Virus record (IMG/VR): IMGVR_UViG_3300034069_000595
Span: 1 to 27,477 of that record
Origin: a virus
DNA: 27,477 bases
Direction: 5' to 3' (one strand)
Below are positions 1-8,734 of this stretch, in pieces. Position numbers and translations under genes: made by a program. The first letter of the stretch is position 1, and each line of letters opens with the position of its first letter. The notes under the pieces were generated by a model, which saw only the letters and a list, made by a program, of their open reading frames with translations, made no database searches and had not been told where the DNA came from.

Positions 1-2
1 GC

Positions 3-113
3 ACCGAGGAGCTGGTGGTGGCTGGCCTGCGAGACTGCACCCGGCAGGCGTTCTTCGGCTTCCACGCATCACGCGGAAAGATTCCCATTTCGGTTCAAGG
101 AGAGTTGTTTTGA
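3..113 (+). CDS. 3' end of a hypothetical protein (partial, ...ISVQGELF*)
   Basis: Frame open from the window edge to TGA 111-113, overlapping the next ATG (TGATG). Confidence 0.6.
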   Translation, partial: TEELVVAGLRDCTRQAFFGFHASRGKIPISVQGELF

Positions 114-508
114 TGGAAAATTGCAGAGATTCCAGCGGTCCGGACGTCGGCCTGTCTGAGGGCCCACAAAAACGCGTGCGCGAGGGAGGCTCGAACTCCC
201 TGGATCATGACGCCAACTGGCGACTTGAGCCGCACGTCTGCAAAGCCTGTTTCGGGCGCCTGGTGTCTCGGCAGCTGCTGAACGACATCCGGGAGTACCG
301 CTGCACCAACTGCGAGACCTCAACCCAGCACACCGACGCGACTGTCGGCTGCTGCTGCGGGATCAAGATCCGCAAGCGCAACACTGTCGGCCGTGCTGGT
401 GGGCCGATGATCGATGCGGGCATCCGCTGCATCCCCAATCCCGAGAAAAACGCTGCGTTTCCATCGGCTTACGTGGCATCCGAGGTCGTCAAGGCAAAGC
501 GAAACTAG
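113..508 (+). CDS. Cys-rich putative zinc-binding hypothetical protein
   Basis: CKAC, CTNC and CCC motifs; coupled to the upstream stop. Confidence 0.7.
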   Translation: MENCRDSSGPDVGLSEGPQKRVREGGSNSLDHDANWRLEPHVCKACFGRLVSRQLLNDIREYRCTNCETSTQHTDATVGCCCGIKIRKRNTVGRAGGPMIDAGIRCIPNPEKNAAFPSAYVASEVVKAKRN

Positions 509-514
509 ATTGCC

Positions 515-597
515 AATCTTGTGACTTGGTGCGCCTCGACCAATAAAATCAACAACTTACGACGCGGCGCTGCGAAGTGGGCCCCATATGGGCCCGA
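515..597 (+). repeat. Dispersed att-like element, copy A
   Basis: TCTTGTGACTT 517-527; IHF consensus AATCAACAACTTA 547-559; TGGGCCCCATA-TGGGCCCGA 578-597. Confidence 0.8.
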
Positions 598-633
598 TGC
601 GATCAAGTAAATCGCCGTGTAAATGCTCGGGCA

Positions 634-657
634 TTGATCAAAAATGATGGGTATACT
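634..657 (+). promoter_or_regulatory. Putative promoter: -10 TATACT with a TTGATCAA palindromic operator
   Basis: TTGATCAA 634-641, TATACT 652-657, RBS AAAGGA before ATG 691. Confidence 0.5.
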
Positions 658-690
658 CGGTGCTCCGAACAACCACACGAGCGAAAGGAC

Positions 691-1014
691 ATGAACCACG
701 AATTCAAGCCAGGCGATCTGGCGATGATCAAGATTTGCAGGTCAATCCCCGAGATGGTCGGGAAGTGCGTCGAACTCCATCTGCGGCTCGAAGCCAATCA
801 GCAGGTCTGGTTTGGTGGCCTGCTCTGGTTGGCTGATGGAGTACCGGCCTGGATTGTTTCGGGTGAGGGCCTGTCCCGCCTCACGGTCGATGACAAGGCC
901 ATCTCAAGCCCCTTCGCGTTTCTCGGCGAATTTCAACTCATGCCACTGCGTGGCGATGAAGACCCCGACGCCACCCTGGCGACCGAGCGCCCTGCCGACC
1001 TGGTGAGCGCGTGA
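691..1014 (+). CDS. Phage hypothetical protein (MNHEFKPGDLA...)
   Basis: RBS AAAGGAC then ATG 691; FKPGDLA N-terminus and LMPLRGD C-terminus typical of small phage proteins. Confidence 0.75.
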   Translation: MNHEFKPGDLAMIKICRSIPEMVGKCVELHLRLEANQQVWFGGLLWLADGVPAWIVSGEGLSRLTVDDKAISSPFAFLGEFQLMPLRGDEDPDATLATERPADLVSA

Positions 1015-1346
1015 GCCGGGTTTACATCTCCGGTCCCATGACGGGGCTGCCGGAGTTCAACTACCCGGCGTTCAACGCCGCCGCTGCCCAACTGCGCGCC
1101 GCCGGCTTCCACGTCGAGAACCCTGCCGAGAACCCCGTGCCGGAGTGCAAGAGCTGGCAGGGCTACATGCGCCTGGCGGTGATCCAGCTGGCGACCTGCG
1201 ATCGCATCGTCACGCTGCCCGGCTGGCAGGATTCCCGCGGCGCTCGGGTCGAGGTCGATCTGGGCATCGCGCTGGGCATGGACGTGGTCGATCTGGACTA
1301 CCTGCTCACGCTGCCACCCGTCGTGACGGGAGGCTCCGCAGCATGA
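1011..1346 (+). CDS. DUF4406 family (nucleoside deoxyribosyltransferase-like) protein
   Basis: RVYISGPMTG...NYPAF...NPAE...YMR...CD...LPGW..SRGA..E motif set. Confidence 0.9.
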   Translation: MSRVYISGPMTGLPEFNYPAFNAAAAQLRAAGFHVENPAENPVPECKSWQGYMRLAVIQLATCDRIVTLPGWQDSRGARVEVDLGIALGMDVVDLDYLLTLPPVVTGGSAA

Positions 1347-2836
1347 GCCTGACCAACCTTCCCTACACCCTGCACCTGGGCGATTGCCTGGATGCCATTC
1401 GCACGCTGCCGGATAACTCGGTCGATAGCGTGGTGACCGATCCGCCCTACGGGATCCGGTTCATGGGCAAGAGCTGGGACGGCGCCGACATCGAGGCCCG
1501 CGCCGCCTACCGTGCCAGCATGCCGTCGCACGCCCCGGCCTGCGGTCCGAATGGCGGGCATCGCAGCGTCGCCGCCGAGGCTGGCAAGTACGACCTGACG
1601 CCGGAAGGCATGCGCGCCTTCCAGTCCTTCACGCTGGAATGGGCTGCCGAGTGCCTGCGCGTGCTCAAGCCTGGCGGTCACCTGTTGTCGTTCGCCTCGG
1701 CTCGGACCTACCACCACATGGCGGTGGGCATCGAGATGGCTGGTTTCGAGATCCGCGACCAGATCATGTGGGTGTTCGGCAGTGGCTTCCCGAAGTCGCT
1801 CGACGTGAGCAAGGCGATCGACAAGGCGGCCGGCGCCGAGCGCGAGGTCGTGGGTCGCAAGACCGGCCGAGCTGCCACGCCGATCCCTGACATTCGCGGC
1901 GGCAGGCTCGTCGGCGCTACGGGGCGCATCGACACCTCGGCGATCACGGCGCCCGCCACCGACGACGCTGCACAGTGGGAGGGCTGGGGCACTGCCCTGA
2001 AGCCAGCCCACGAACCGATCTGCGTGGCGCGTAAGCCGCTGGAGAAGGGGCTTACGGTCGCCGCGAACGTGCTCAAGTGGGGCACTGGCGCGATCAACAT
2101 CGGCGGGTGCCGCGTCGGCGTCACCGACGAGGCCTACGCCCGCAACTGCTCCGGCGATCGCGGCGCCGCGGGCACTCGATCGATCGAGGGGCAAGGCGCA
2201 ACCAGCCTGCGCGCGGGCGGCGGGTCTGCTGCCTCTGGACGCTGGCCTGCGAACCTGATCCACGATGGCAGTCGTGTCGTTGTCGAGCTGTTCCCCGCCG
2301 ATGCTGGCGCCAGCTCCCCCGTGAAGGGCACCGAGCCCACGGCCAATGGCTTCAGCGGCGCGGTCGCGTACAGCGGCATGATGGGCCGCGTCGAGGGCGC
2401 GTTTCACGATGACAGCGGCAGCGCTGCCCGGTTTTTCTACTGCGCGAAGACCAGCCGGCGCGATCGGCACGAGGGCCTGGTCGATCCAGGTCCGCAGTTC
2501 AAGCAGGGCACCACCCTGCGCAAGGTCGAGAACACGCCCACGGCCGGCAACAACCACCCGACCGTGAAGCCAACCGACCTGATGGCCTACCTGCTGCGCC
2601 TGGTCACCCCGGTCGGCGGCGTCGCCCTGGATCCGTTCATGGGCAGCGGCAGCACCGGCAAGGCCGCCATGCTGGAGGGCTTCGAGTTCATCGGCTGCGA
2701 ACTGGACGAGGCCTACATGGCGATCGCCCGGGCCCGCATCTCGCACGGACACGCCAAGGCGGCGGCATTGCGCGAGCTGGCGGACGCTGCTGCTGCCCTG
2801 CCGGTACAGCACGACATGTTCGGGGCTGCCCTGTGA
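1343..2836 (+). CDS. DNA methyltransferase, N4/N6 beta class
   Basis: VVTDPPY catalytic motif, HPTVKP, LDPFMGSGSTG SAM-binding motif; ATG overlaps the upstream stop. Confidence 0.95.
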   Translation: MSLTNLPYTLHLGDCLDAIRTLPDNSVDSVVTDPPYGIRFMGKSWDGADIEARAAYRASMPSHAPACGPNGGHRSVAAEAGKYDLTPEGMRAFQSFTLEWAAECLRVLKPGGHLLSFASARTYHHMAVGIEMAGFEIRDQIMWVFGSGFPKSLDVSKAIDKAAGAEREVVGRKTGRAATPIPDIRGGRLVGATGRIDTSAITAPATDDAAQWEGWGTALKPAHEPICVARKPLEKGLTVAANVLKWGTGAINIGGCRVGVTDEAYARNCSGDRGAAGTRSIEGQGATSLRAGGGSAASGRWPANLIHDGSRVVVELFPADAGASSPVKGTEPTANGFSGAVAYSGMMGRVEGAFHDDSGSAARFFYCAKTSRRDRHEGLVDPGPQFKQGTTLRKVENTPTAGNNHPTVKPTDLMAYLLRLVTPVGGVALDPFMGSGSTGKAAMLEGFEFIGCELDEAYMAIARARISHGHAKAAALRELADAAAALPVQHDMFGAAL

Positions 2837-3228
2837 ACGCCTGCAGTTGGGTCGCACCGATGGTGACGCTGCTGGATGGCAGCCAGGTGCGCAGCGACAG
2901 CGAGGAGTGGAGGTTCGAGTGCGAGGCCCGGCACATGCTGAGCTTCCCGCTCGGGCTGGATCGGGGCGCCACCGGCGAGACCCGCAAAACCGCCCTGGAG
3001 CGCATCGGCACGAAGCGCGGACCGGACGCACGTGATGCGCTGGCGGCGAAGATGGATGCCTGCGAGCCTGACCATGTGCTGAGCCTGCCGAACAAGCACC
3101 AGCGCAACCGGTACATCGCCACCGTGCACCACTTCGTCGGCGAGAACGCGGCAGAGCACCTGAAGAATCGCGTCATGGCCCTGCACAAGGCCCGCTCCGA
3201 AAGTAATGGCAGCGCGCCTGCACCGTAG
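2833..3228 (+). CDS. Phage hypothetical protein
   Basis: GTGA overlap; SEEWRFECEAR motif; codon usage matches neighbours. Confidence 0.75.
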   Translation: MNACSWVAPMVTLLDGSQVRSDSEEWRFECEARHMLSFPLGLDRGATGETRKTALERIGTKRGPDARDALAAKMDACEPDHVLSLPNKHQRNRYIATVHHFVGENAAEHLKNRVMALHKARSESNGSAPAP

Positions 3229-3230
3229 TG

Positions 3231-3243
3231 CATAATTGATCAA
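3231..3243 (+). promoter_or_regulatory. Putative -10 (CATAAT) overlapping a TTGATCAA operator
   Basis: CATAAT 3231-3236, TTGATCAA 3236-3243, intergenic ahead of a strong RBS. Confidence 0.4.
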
Positions 3244-3282
3244 TGCCGCCGTGGGCAGCACGGCTTTCGAGGGGAAAGGATT

Positions 3283-3465
3283 GTGACAACTGCATTGTTC
3301 GTAATTGGCATGATTGCCGTGATGGTTTCCTTCCGCATACTTCGGATCGGCCAGCTGAGTTTTCTCCGCCTATTGGCAGGACTGGTGGTCTACGGGGTCG
3401 GCGACAAGATGATTAGTCCAGGTTTGAATGCCATCGCCGCTTGGTGCAAGGCGGTTCTGGCATGA
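3283..3465 (+). CDS. Small membrane protein
   Basis: RBS GGAAAGGA, GTG start, two hydrophobic segments. Confidence 0.6.
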   Translation: MTTALFVIGMIAVMVSFRILRIGQLSFLRLLAGLVVYGVGDKMISPGLNAIAAWCKAVLA

Positions 3466-3656
3466 GCGCCTACGAGTTCATATCGCGAAATCCGATAACT
3501 GTCCTGCTGCTAGCCTACATCGCCTACCGCCTCGTGTTCCTCTGTTGGAACCGCTTGATGCGGCACCTGAACGTCCGCCGTGCTGGCTGGCCCCCTGCCC
3601 ACCTCGACGCAGATGGCGACTGGAAGCCGGAGCCCAAGCCGGAGGCCAAGCCATGA
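3462..3656 (+). CDS. Small membrane protein (…RRAGWPPAHLDADGD…)
   Basis: ATGA coupling; one TM segment. Confidence 0.7.
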   Translation: MSAYEFISRNPITVLLLAYIAYRLVFLCWNRLMRHLNVRRAGWPPAHLDADGDWKPEPKPEAKP

Positions 3657-3757
3657 CCTGCCTGGACCTGTTCGCGCAGAACCCAGAGACCACCGCCATC
3701 ATGGTGGCCGTCCTCGCGGCCTGCCTGCTCTCCTTCGCTGAAGGGGTCGCGCCGTGA
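3653..3757 (+). CDS. 34-aa hydrophobic peptide
   Basis: Coupled at both ends (ATGA / GTGA). Confidence 0.55.
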   Translation: MTCLDLFAQNPETTAIMVAVLAACLLSFAEGVAP

Positions 3758-3999
3758 ATCTTGCCCGCATCCTGGACATCGTGATCCCCCGCTTCGTGAC
3801 CGAGGACGTTGCCGTCAAGCAGGTCGGCCGCTCGTCGATGCACGAGATCGTCTGCTCGATGAAGGACATCAGGCCTCGCGAACGCTTCGACGGAATCGCG
3901 ACCTACCGCATGTTCAACCTGTTCGGCTTCGGGTTCTTCCAGAAGCAGATCGGCGAGGTGCGCCCATGGGCCAACCCGCACGGCCGGGCTGCGCAATGA
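3754..3999 (+). CDS. Hypothetical protein
   Basis: Coupled ORF, high GC3. Confidence 0.65.
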   Translation: MNLARILDIVIPRFVTEDVAVKQVGRSSMHEIVCSMKDIRPRERFDGIATYRMFNLFGFGFFQKQIGEVRPWANPHGRAAQ

Positions 4000-4133
4000 A
4001 GCGCGCCGCCATCACCAGCGTTGCCGTAGTCGGCGCATTCCTGCTGTGCGGCCTGATGTATCCGAACCACGCATCCCGCCTGAACAGCTACCGCCGCCCG
4101 TCGAGCGCCCATGCCGCTTGGGGCCGGGCATGA
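3996..4133 (+). CDS. 45-aa peptide with signal/TM-like N-terminus (MKRAAITSVAVVGAFLLCGLM...)
   Basis: Not in the ORF track; ATGA coupling at both ends. Confidence 0.55.
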   Translation: MKRAAITSVAVVGAFLLCGLMYPNHASRLNSYRRPSSAHAAWGRA

Positions 4134-4423
4134 GCAGCGTGTTTCACGGTTCGGCCGGCGTCTACGGCTCGCACGTCAGCTCGAACTTCTACCACTCGCC
4201 GCGTAGGCCTGCGCCTGGGGTCAGCGGCAATCGCCCGAAGCTGAGCGATGAGCAGATCCTGGAGCTGCGCGCCCTGAGCGAGTTTGCCGGCTGGGACCGC
4301 GTCCGCCTGGCGACCCGCTTCGCCGTCGATATCGAGACCGTCAAACGCATCCTGGAGGGCGTGACTCGATCGCGCCTCATCGCAACCCGAAAGCACCTGC
4401 CTGCGGGCATGGAGACCGTATGA
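4130..4423 (+). CDS. Putative helix-turn-helix protein
   Basis: KLSDEQILELR...LATRFAVDIETVKRILEG HTH-like pattern. Confidence 0.65.
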   Translation: MSSVFHGSAGVYGSHVSSNFYHSPRRPAPGVSGNRPKLSDEQILELRALSEFAGWDRVRLATRFAVDIETVKRILEGVTRSRLIATRKHLPAGMETV

Positions 4424-4842
4424 CCCCTGAGCAGCAATCGCTGTCGGACCAGATCCGCGCGAGCACCGATGCGTTCCTGCGCGCTGGCGGCAGCATCACC
4501 CGTCTGAACTATGCCGGCGTGCCGGTCGACGATGAGTATGGGCGCCCTGTGCACGTACCTGCCTGGGCTGAGCCGCAGTTCGAGACCGCGAAGGAGTGGT
4601 GTGAGCGTGTCATCACCAAGCCCTTCACCGCTGAGCCGCCACCGCCGCCGCGCCACCTCGACGTGCACCTGCCGAAGCCCACTCCGCCAGTCGTCACGCC
4701 CAAGGAGAAGGCCGCGCTTGCCGAGTTCCTGGCCGACATGCGCCCGCTGAAGACCGCCTGCCTGATCACCCGCCTGCGCGCCCTGCGTGCCGACGCCCAG
4801 CGCACCCTCGCCCAACTCAACCGCCTGGTGGAGTCCGTATGA
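4420..4842 (+). CDS. Hypothetical protein
   Basis: Coupled ORF with RBS GGAGA. Confidence 0.7.
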   Translation: MTPEQQSLSDQIRASTDAFLRAGGSITRLNYAGVPVDDEYGRPVHVPAWAEPQFETAKEWCERVITKPFTAEPPPPPRHLDVHLPKPTPPVVTPKEKAALAEFLADMRPLKTACLITRLRALRADAQRTLAQLNRLVESV

Positions 4843-5150
4843 CCAAGAGAAAAAAGGTAACCGTAGCGGAAACCGAAGCGGTAACCGTGCCCGACCTGAC
4901 CCTGATCGCCTACCGGTTCGAGGACCAGCCAGGCACGCCGCCATGGCTGGCCGAGTCGGAGGAGTTCAAATACCTGCACCCCGTGAACGGGCGCGAGTAC
5001 ACCACGTCGATCCAGGCGCGCGGCGACACGAAGGAGCAGGCCACCGCCAACGCGCAGGCCCAGCTCGACGCGTTCATGGGCGACCGCGGCAACGCCATCT
5101 TCGAGGTGATCCCGTTCACCGATGACCAGCTGGCGAGGGCGAAGGCATGA
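4839..5150 (+). CDS. Hypothetical protein
   Basis: Coupled ORF with RBS GGAG. Confidence 0.7.
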   Translation: MTKRKKVTVAETEAVTVPDLTLIAYRFEDQPGTPPWLAESEEFKYLHPVNGREYTTSIQARGDTKEQATANAQAQLDAFMGDRGNAIFEVIPFTDDQLARAKA

Positions 5151-5368
5151 GCCATAGTTTCGTTTGCGTAGGAGGCCCGCACGACGGGAAGTGGATGCCG
5201 CAGCAGCCAGGACAGGACTGGTTCAAGGTGGCGCTCTGGCCTGAGCCGATGACCTGCGCCTTCAGCGTGGAAGGTGCAGCCCTACCTGTCGATCTTGTGG
5301 TTGAGCACCGCTGGTACGTTTTGCAGGAGCATCATGTGCACGGCGCAGCCTGGGTGTTCCAAGACTGA
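5147..5368 (+). CDS. Hypothetical protein (GGPHDG motif)
   Basis: Coupled ORF; N-terminal CVGGPxDG motif common in small phage proteins. Confidence 0.65.
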   Translation: MSHSFVCVGGPHDGKWMPQQPGQDWFKVALWPEPMTCAFSVEGAALPVDLVVEHRWYVLQEHHVHGAAWVFQD

Positions 5369-5380
5369 AACCTGATATCT

Positions 5381-5462
5381 AATCTTGTGACTTAGTACGG
5401 CGCCGTTAACAGAATCAACGACTTACGCAAAACAAACTCAACCGGGCCCCACATAGGCCCCA
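5381..5462 (+). repeat. Dispersed att-like element, copy B
   Basis: TCTTGTGACTT 5383-5393; IHF consensus AATCAACGACTTA 5413-5425; CGGGCCCCACA-TAGGCCCCA 5443-5462. Confidence 0.8.
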
Positions 5463-5501
5463 ACAAACAGCCCGAAATGGGCAGAAAGAGGTAACACCCG
5501 C

Positions 5502-5777
5502 ATGAATTCCCCAGCCATCGCAAGCGTCCCGAACATCGATGACCGCATGAACCGTCTGAAAGATGTGACGAACACCATCGACAACCTGCTGAACGAATTG
5601 GCATCCCGGCTGGCGCCAGTGCTGCTCCCACAGAACTCTGCCGTAGCCGCTGGTGAGGGCGCCTCTGTGAAGGCGAAGGACCAGTCGCCACTGGCAAACC
5701 AGATCGACTTGGTTGTCGATAGCCTGGACCAGCAGGCCGGATACCTCCGCTTCCTGATCAACCGCCTCGAAGTCTAA
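5502..5777 (+). CDS. Hypothetical coiled-coil protein
   Basis: RBS GAGGT, helical heptad pattern. Confidence 0.7.
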   Translation: MNSPAIASVPNIDDRMNRLKDVTNTIDNLLNELASRLAPVLLPQNSAVAAGEGASVKAKDQSPLANQIDLVVDSLDQQAGYLRFLINRLEV

Positions 5778-5824
5778 CCCCAACCCACTCGCGCCACGGA
5801 CGGCCCCTACTGAGAACTACCGCT

Positions 5825-6130
5825 ATGGACCTCGAAATTCAGAAATTCATTGCCCACGTAACCCGCTGGCACGCACATCAGACCGGTCAGCTGCAAAGCA
5901 TCATCGACGCGCCGGCCGATACCCCGATCCACCTGGGCACTGGCGATGACGCCATCGTGCTGACCGGCGATCATGCCAAGGGCTTCGTGGTGGGTATCCG
6001 CATCGCCCTGTCGCTAGTGGGCACCCTGCCGTTCCACATCGAGGCCGCTGAAGGCGAGCTGCCCGCCAGCCTCAAAGACGTGCCAGGCCTTCAGATCATC
6101 GACCCGGCCACCAACTTGCCGAAGCAGTAA
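5825..6130 (+). CDS. Phage hypothetical protein
   Basis: ATG-started ORF with matching codon bias. Confidence 0.7.
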   Translation: MDLEIQKFIAHVTRWHAHQTGQLQSIIDAPADTPIHLGTGDDAIVLTGDHAKGFVVGIRIALSLVGTLPFHIEAAEGELPASLKDVPGLQIIDPATNLPKQ

Positions 6131-6167
6131 CCCTCCCCCGCCGGCCTCCGGGTCGGCACTCCCCTCT

Positions 6168-6183
6168 GTCGTGACACCATCCT
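6168..6183 (+). promoter_or_regulatory. Putative late promoter GTCGTGA-CAC-CATCCT
   Basis: Same motif and spacing at 14881, 24620 and 27242. Confidence 0.6.
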
Positions 6184-6217
6184 CGACCCAGCACTCAACT
6201 CACACGCTGGAACGATT

Positions 6218-6757
6218 GTGTCTGACGATACCGACTTCACCACCCGCATGGGCGCTGCGCGGATCCTGTACGAGGGTTCGCACGGCCTGACCCTCGGCGA
6301 GCTGGCCCAGATGAGCGGCCTCCCCCTGCGCAGCCTCAAGATCTACTCCCGCGACGAGGAGTGGAAGAAGCACCTGTCCACGAAGCACGGCGGCCGATCG
6401 CCGGAAGCCGAGCAGGCGCTTGCCCTGCTCCAGGGTGCTGCCGCGATGGACACCGCGGGCGAGGTGATCACCGCCGAGGAAGCCGCCGCCGTCAATGCGA
6501 TCGCGGAGCCACTGCCGAACGAGCGCGAGGCGCTGCTGGCCCGCCACAAGCAGGAATGGTCGACGCCCCGCGGCATGGCTGCCGAGGCGGTGAAGATGCG
6601 CGAGAGCAACCCCAGCAAGGCATTCGAGCGCGCCAAGATGGCGAAGATCGTCAGCGAGAGCCTGACCCTGATCCAGGCTGGCGAGCGCCGGGCCCACGGC
6701 ATCGACAAGGCGGACGGCAATCACACCGTCGTGCTGGAGCGGGGCGCATCGATATGA
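6218..6757 (+). CDS. Putative terminase small subunit
   Basis: N-terminal HTH ending in W (LTLGELAQMSGLPLRSLKIYSRDEEWKK), helical C-terminus LIQAGERRAHGID; preceded by the same motif as terL. Confidence 0.55.
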   Translation: MSDDTDFTTRMGAARILYEGSHGLTLGELAQMSGLPLRSLKIYSRDEEWKKHLSTKHGGRSPEAEQALALLQGAAAMDTAGEVITAEEAAAVNAIAEPLPNEREALLARHKQEWSTPRGMAAEAVKMRESNPSKAFERAKMAKIVSESLTLIQAGERRAHGIDKADGNHTVVLERGASI

Positions 6758-8259
6758 CCGACATCAGCCGCATGATGGGTCTCGACGTGGACATCCCCCA
6801 GATCAAGCTCTGGCAGATCGAGCACCTGGTGGCATTCGCGAACAACTCGCGGACGCACTCCCCCCCGCAGGTCGAGCAGATCAAGGCATCGCTGCTCGAA
6901 TTCGGCTGGACCAACCCGATCCTTGCAGACGACATGGGCACCGTCGCCGGACATGGCCGCACCCTGGCCGCTGCGGACCTGTACCGCGAAGGCAAGCAGA
7001 TCAAGTTCCCCAACGGCACGCCCATCCCGATCGGCATGGTACCCGTGGTGGACTGCACCGGCTGGAGCAATGCCCAGCGCCGCGCCTACGTGATCGCCGA
7101 CAACAAGCTGGCCCTGAACGCTGGCTGGGACATCGACATGCTCAGTTTGGAGCTGACCGACCTGGCTGCCGCCGACTTCGACCTGGGCCTGACCGGCTTC
7201 AGCGAGGACGAGCTGGCCGACCTGATGCTGCCGGCCGTGGATGAGCCGCCCGACACCGATCCGGATGAGGCCCCGCCGCTGCCGGAGATCCCGGTGTCCG
7301 TGGCTGGCGATGTCTGGGTGCTGGGCCCGCACCGCGTCTGCTGCGGCGACAGCACCAGCCTCGACGACTGGGACCGCCTACTCGCGGGTGAGCGCGTCGA
7401 TGTGGTCTGGACCGATCCGCCCTACAACGTGGACGTGGGCCGGAAGAACCGCCTGATGGACACCGTCGATGGGTTGTCGCGCGGGGCGACCGGCTCGATC
7501 AAGAACGACAAGATGTCCGACGCGGACTTCGCCGAGTTCATGTCCGAGGTCTACGCGTCCGTCCTGGTGCAGATGAAGCCAGGCGCGCCGATCTACGTGG
7601 CCCACGCTGACCGTACCGGCGACGTGTTCCGCAACGCCTTCACGGCCGCCGGCTTCCACTTCAGCCAGACCCTGATCTGGAAGAAAAACAACATCGCGCT
7701 GGGCGTGAGCGACTACCAGAACCTGCACGAGCCGATCCTGTACGGGTGGCGCCCGGGCAGCAAACACAAGTGGCACGGTGGCCGGAAGAACAAGACCGTC
7801 ATCGAGGTCGGTGAGGGCGGGCCGATCAGCCAGCTGGAGGATGGCCGCTGGGTCATCAAGGTAGGTGACCAGGTGCTGGTGGTCGATGGGCAGGCCACCC
7901 TGCAGGAGAGCCCGTCGTCGGTGATCTTCGAGCCCAAGCCCGCGAAGTCGGAGCTGCACCCGACCCAGAAGCCCGTCGCCCTGGTGGAGCGCATGCTGTC
8001 CAACAGCGGACGCGGCGGTGACCTGGTGGCCGATGCCTTCGGTGGGAGTGGCACGACGCTGCTGGCCGCCGACCGCCTGGGCATGTCCGCCAGGCTGATG
8101 GAGCTGGACCCCAAATTCGTCGATGTGATCGTGACGCGCTGGCAGGACTACACCGGCCGCAGAGCCACGCATGCCTCGACTGGCGAGCTGTTCCCCGGGG
8201 CTCACGAGGAGCGCCTGCCGCCCCCAGTCCCATCCGCTGATGATGAGGACGTGTTCTGA
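6754..8259 (+). CDS. ParB/Srx-like N-terminal domain fused to a beta-class DNA methyltransferase
   Basis: NNSRTHS..QVEQIKASLLEFGWTNPIL..VAGHGR..AYVIADNKLA; then WTDPPYNV, HPTQKPV, DAFGGSGTT. Confidence 0.93.
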   Translation: MTDISRMMGLDVDIPQIKLWQIEHLVAFANNSRTHSPPQVEQIKASLLEFGWTNPILADDMGTVAGHGRTLAAADLYREGKQIKFPNGTPIPIGMVPVVDCTGWSNAQRRAYVIADNKLALNAGWDIDMLSLELTDLAAADFDLGLTGFSEDELADLMLPAVDEPPDTDPDEAPPLPEIPVSVAGDVWVLGPHRVCCGDSTSLDDWDRLLAGERVDVVWTDPPYNVDVGRKNRLMDTVDGLSRGATGSIKNDKMSDADFAEFMSEVYASVLVQMKPGAPIYVAHADRTGDVFRNAFTAAGFHFSQTLIWKKNNIALGVSDYQNLHEPILYGWRPGSKHKWHGGRKNKTVIEVGEGGPISQLEDGRWVIKVGDQVLVVDGQATLQESPSSVIFEPKPAKSELHPTQKPVALVERMLSNSGRGGDLVADAFGGSGTTLLAADRLGMSARLMELDPKFVDVIVTRWQDYTGRRATHASTGELFPGAHEERLPPPVPSADDEDVF

Positions 8260-8516
8260 TGGACAAAACCAGCTTCGCGGTCGTCGCGGTCGGCGACCTT
8301 GCTCCGCACTCGTGGGTGCGCCTGGAATGCGGCGACGTGGGCATCATCCACGATAAGGTTGATCAGCCCGACTACCGGAAGGTGTGCGTCGAGATCCCCG
8401 GCCATCGCTACCCGATGCGGTTCCTCGGCTTCGGCGAGAAGGTGGAGCACATTGTGGATAAAATGCCCACTGTGTGCGGTAGTACACGCAACCCTGGGAT
8501 GCGCCTAGACATGTAA
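8259..8516 (+). CDS. Hypothetical protein
   Basis: TGATG coupling with the methyltransferase. Confidence 0.6.
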   Translation: MDKTSFAVVAVGDLAPHSWVRLECGDVGIIHDKVDQPDYRKVCVEIPGHRYPMRFLGFGEKVEHIVDKMPTVCGSTRNPGMRLDM

Positions 8517-8598
8517 TCTTGTGTGGACTTCGGGAAATGCCAACAAAGGCGGACACTTAGCGGTGGCCGCCTTTCGTTTGGGCCCCAGATGGGCCTTT
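8515..8598 (+). repeat. Dispersed att-like element, copy D (degenerate), with an internal hairpin
   Basis: AATCTTGTG 8515-8523; ACTTA 8555-8559; TGGGCCCCAGA-TGGGCC 8579-8595; AAAGGCGG...CCGCCTTT inverted repeat. Confidence 0.65.
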
Positions 8599-8734
8599 CC
8601 GCCGACATTTAGGCCACACTTTGGCACACGGCGCCGTGATACCGCCAAGTCTCGTGAGCAATGGAAAAGAACTGATGAAAACGAACTGCATGATTTTTTC
8701 GGAGCGAATTGGCAGCGGCGCGCGGTGACATGAA

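Noticed and set aside
1298-3031. 577-aa minus-strand ORF and other long antisense ORFs (e.g. 14516-15835, 7378-8205, 20320-21156)
   Set aside because: Shadows of high-GC3 plus-strand genes that have clear motifs; the translations show no domain features
6361-6753. N-terminal extensions in the ORF track (6361, 1145, 577, 12457, 13515 etc.)
   Set aside because: They overlap upstream genes in another frame; true starts are marked by ATGA/GTGA coupling or an RBS
1343-8259. Restriction-modification system
   Set aside because: No recognisable restriction endonuclease or specificity subunit next to either methyltransferase
8521-8733. 70-aa ORF upstream of araC
   Set aside because: Runs across repeat copy D and the likely araC promoter region; no RBS
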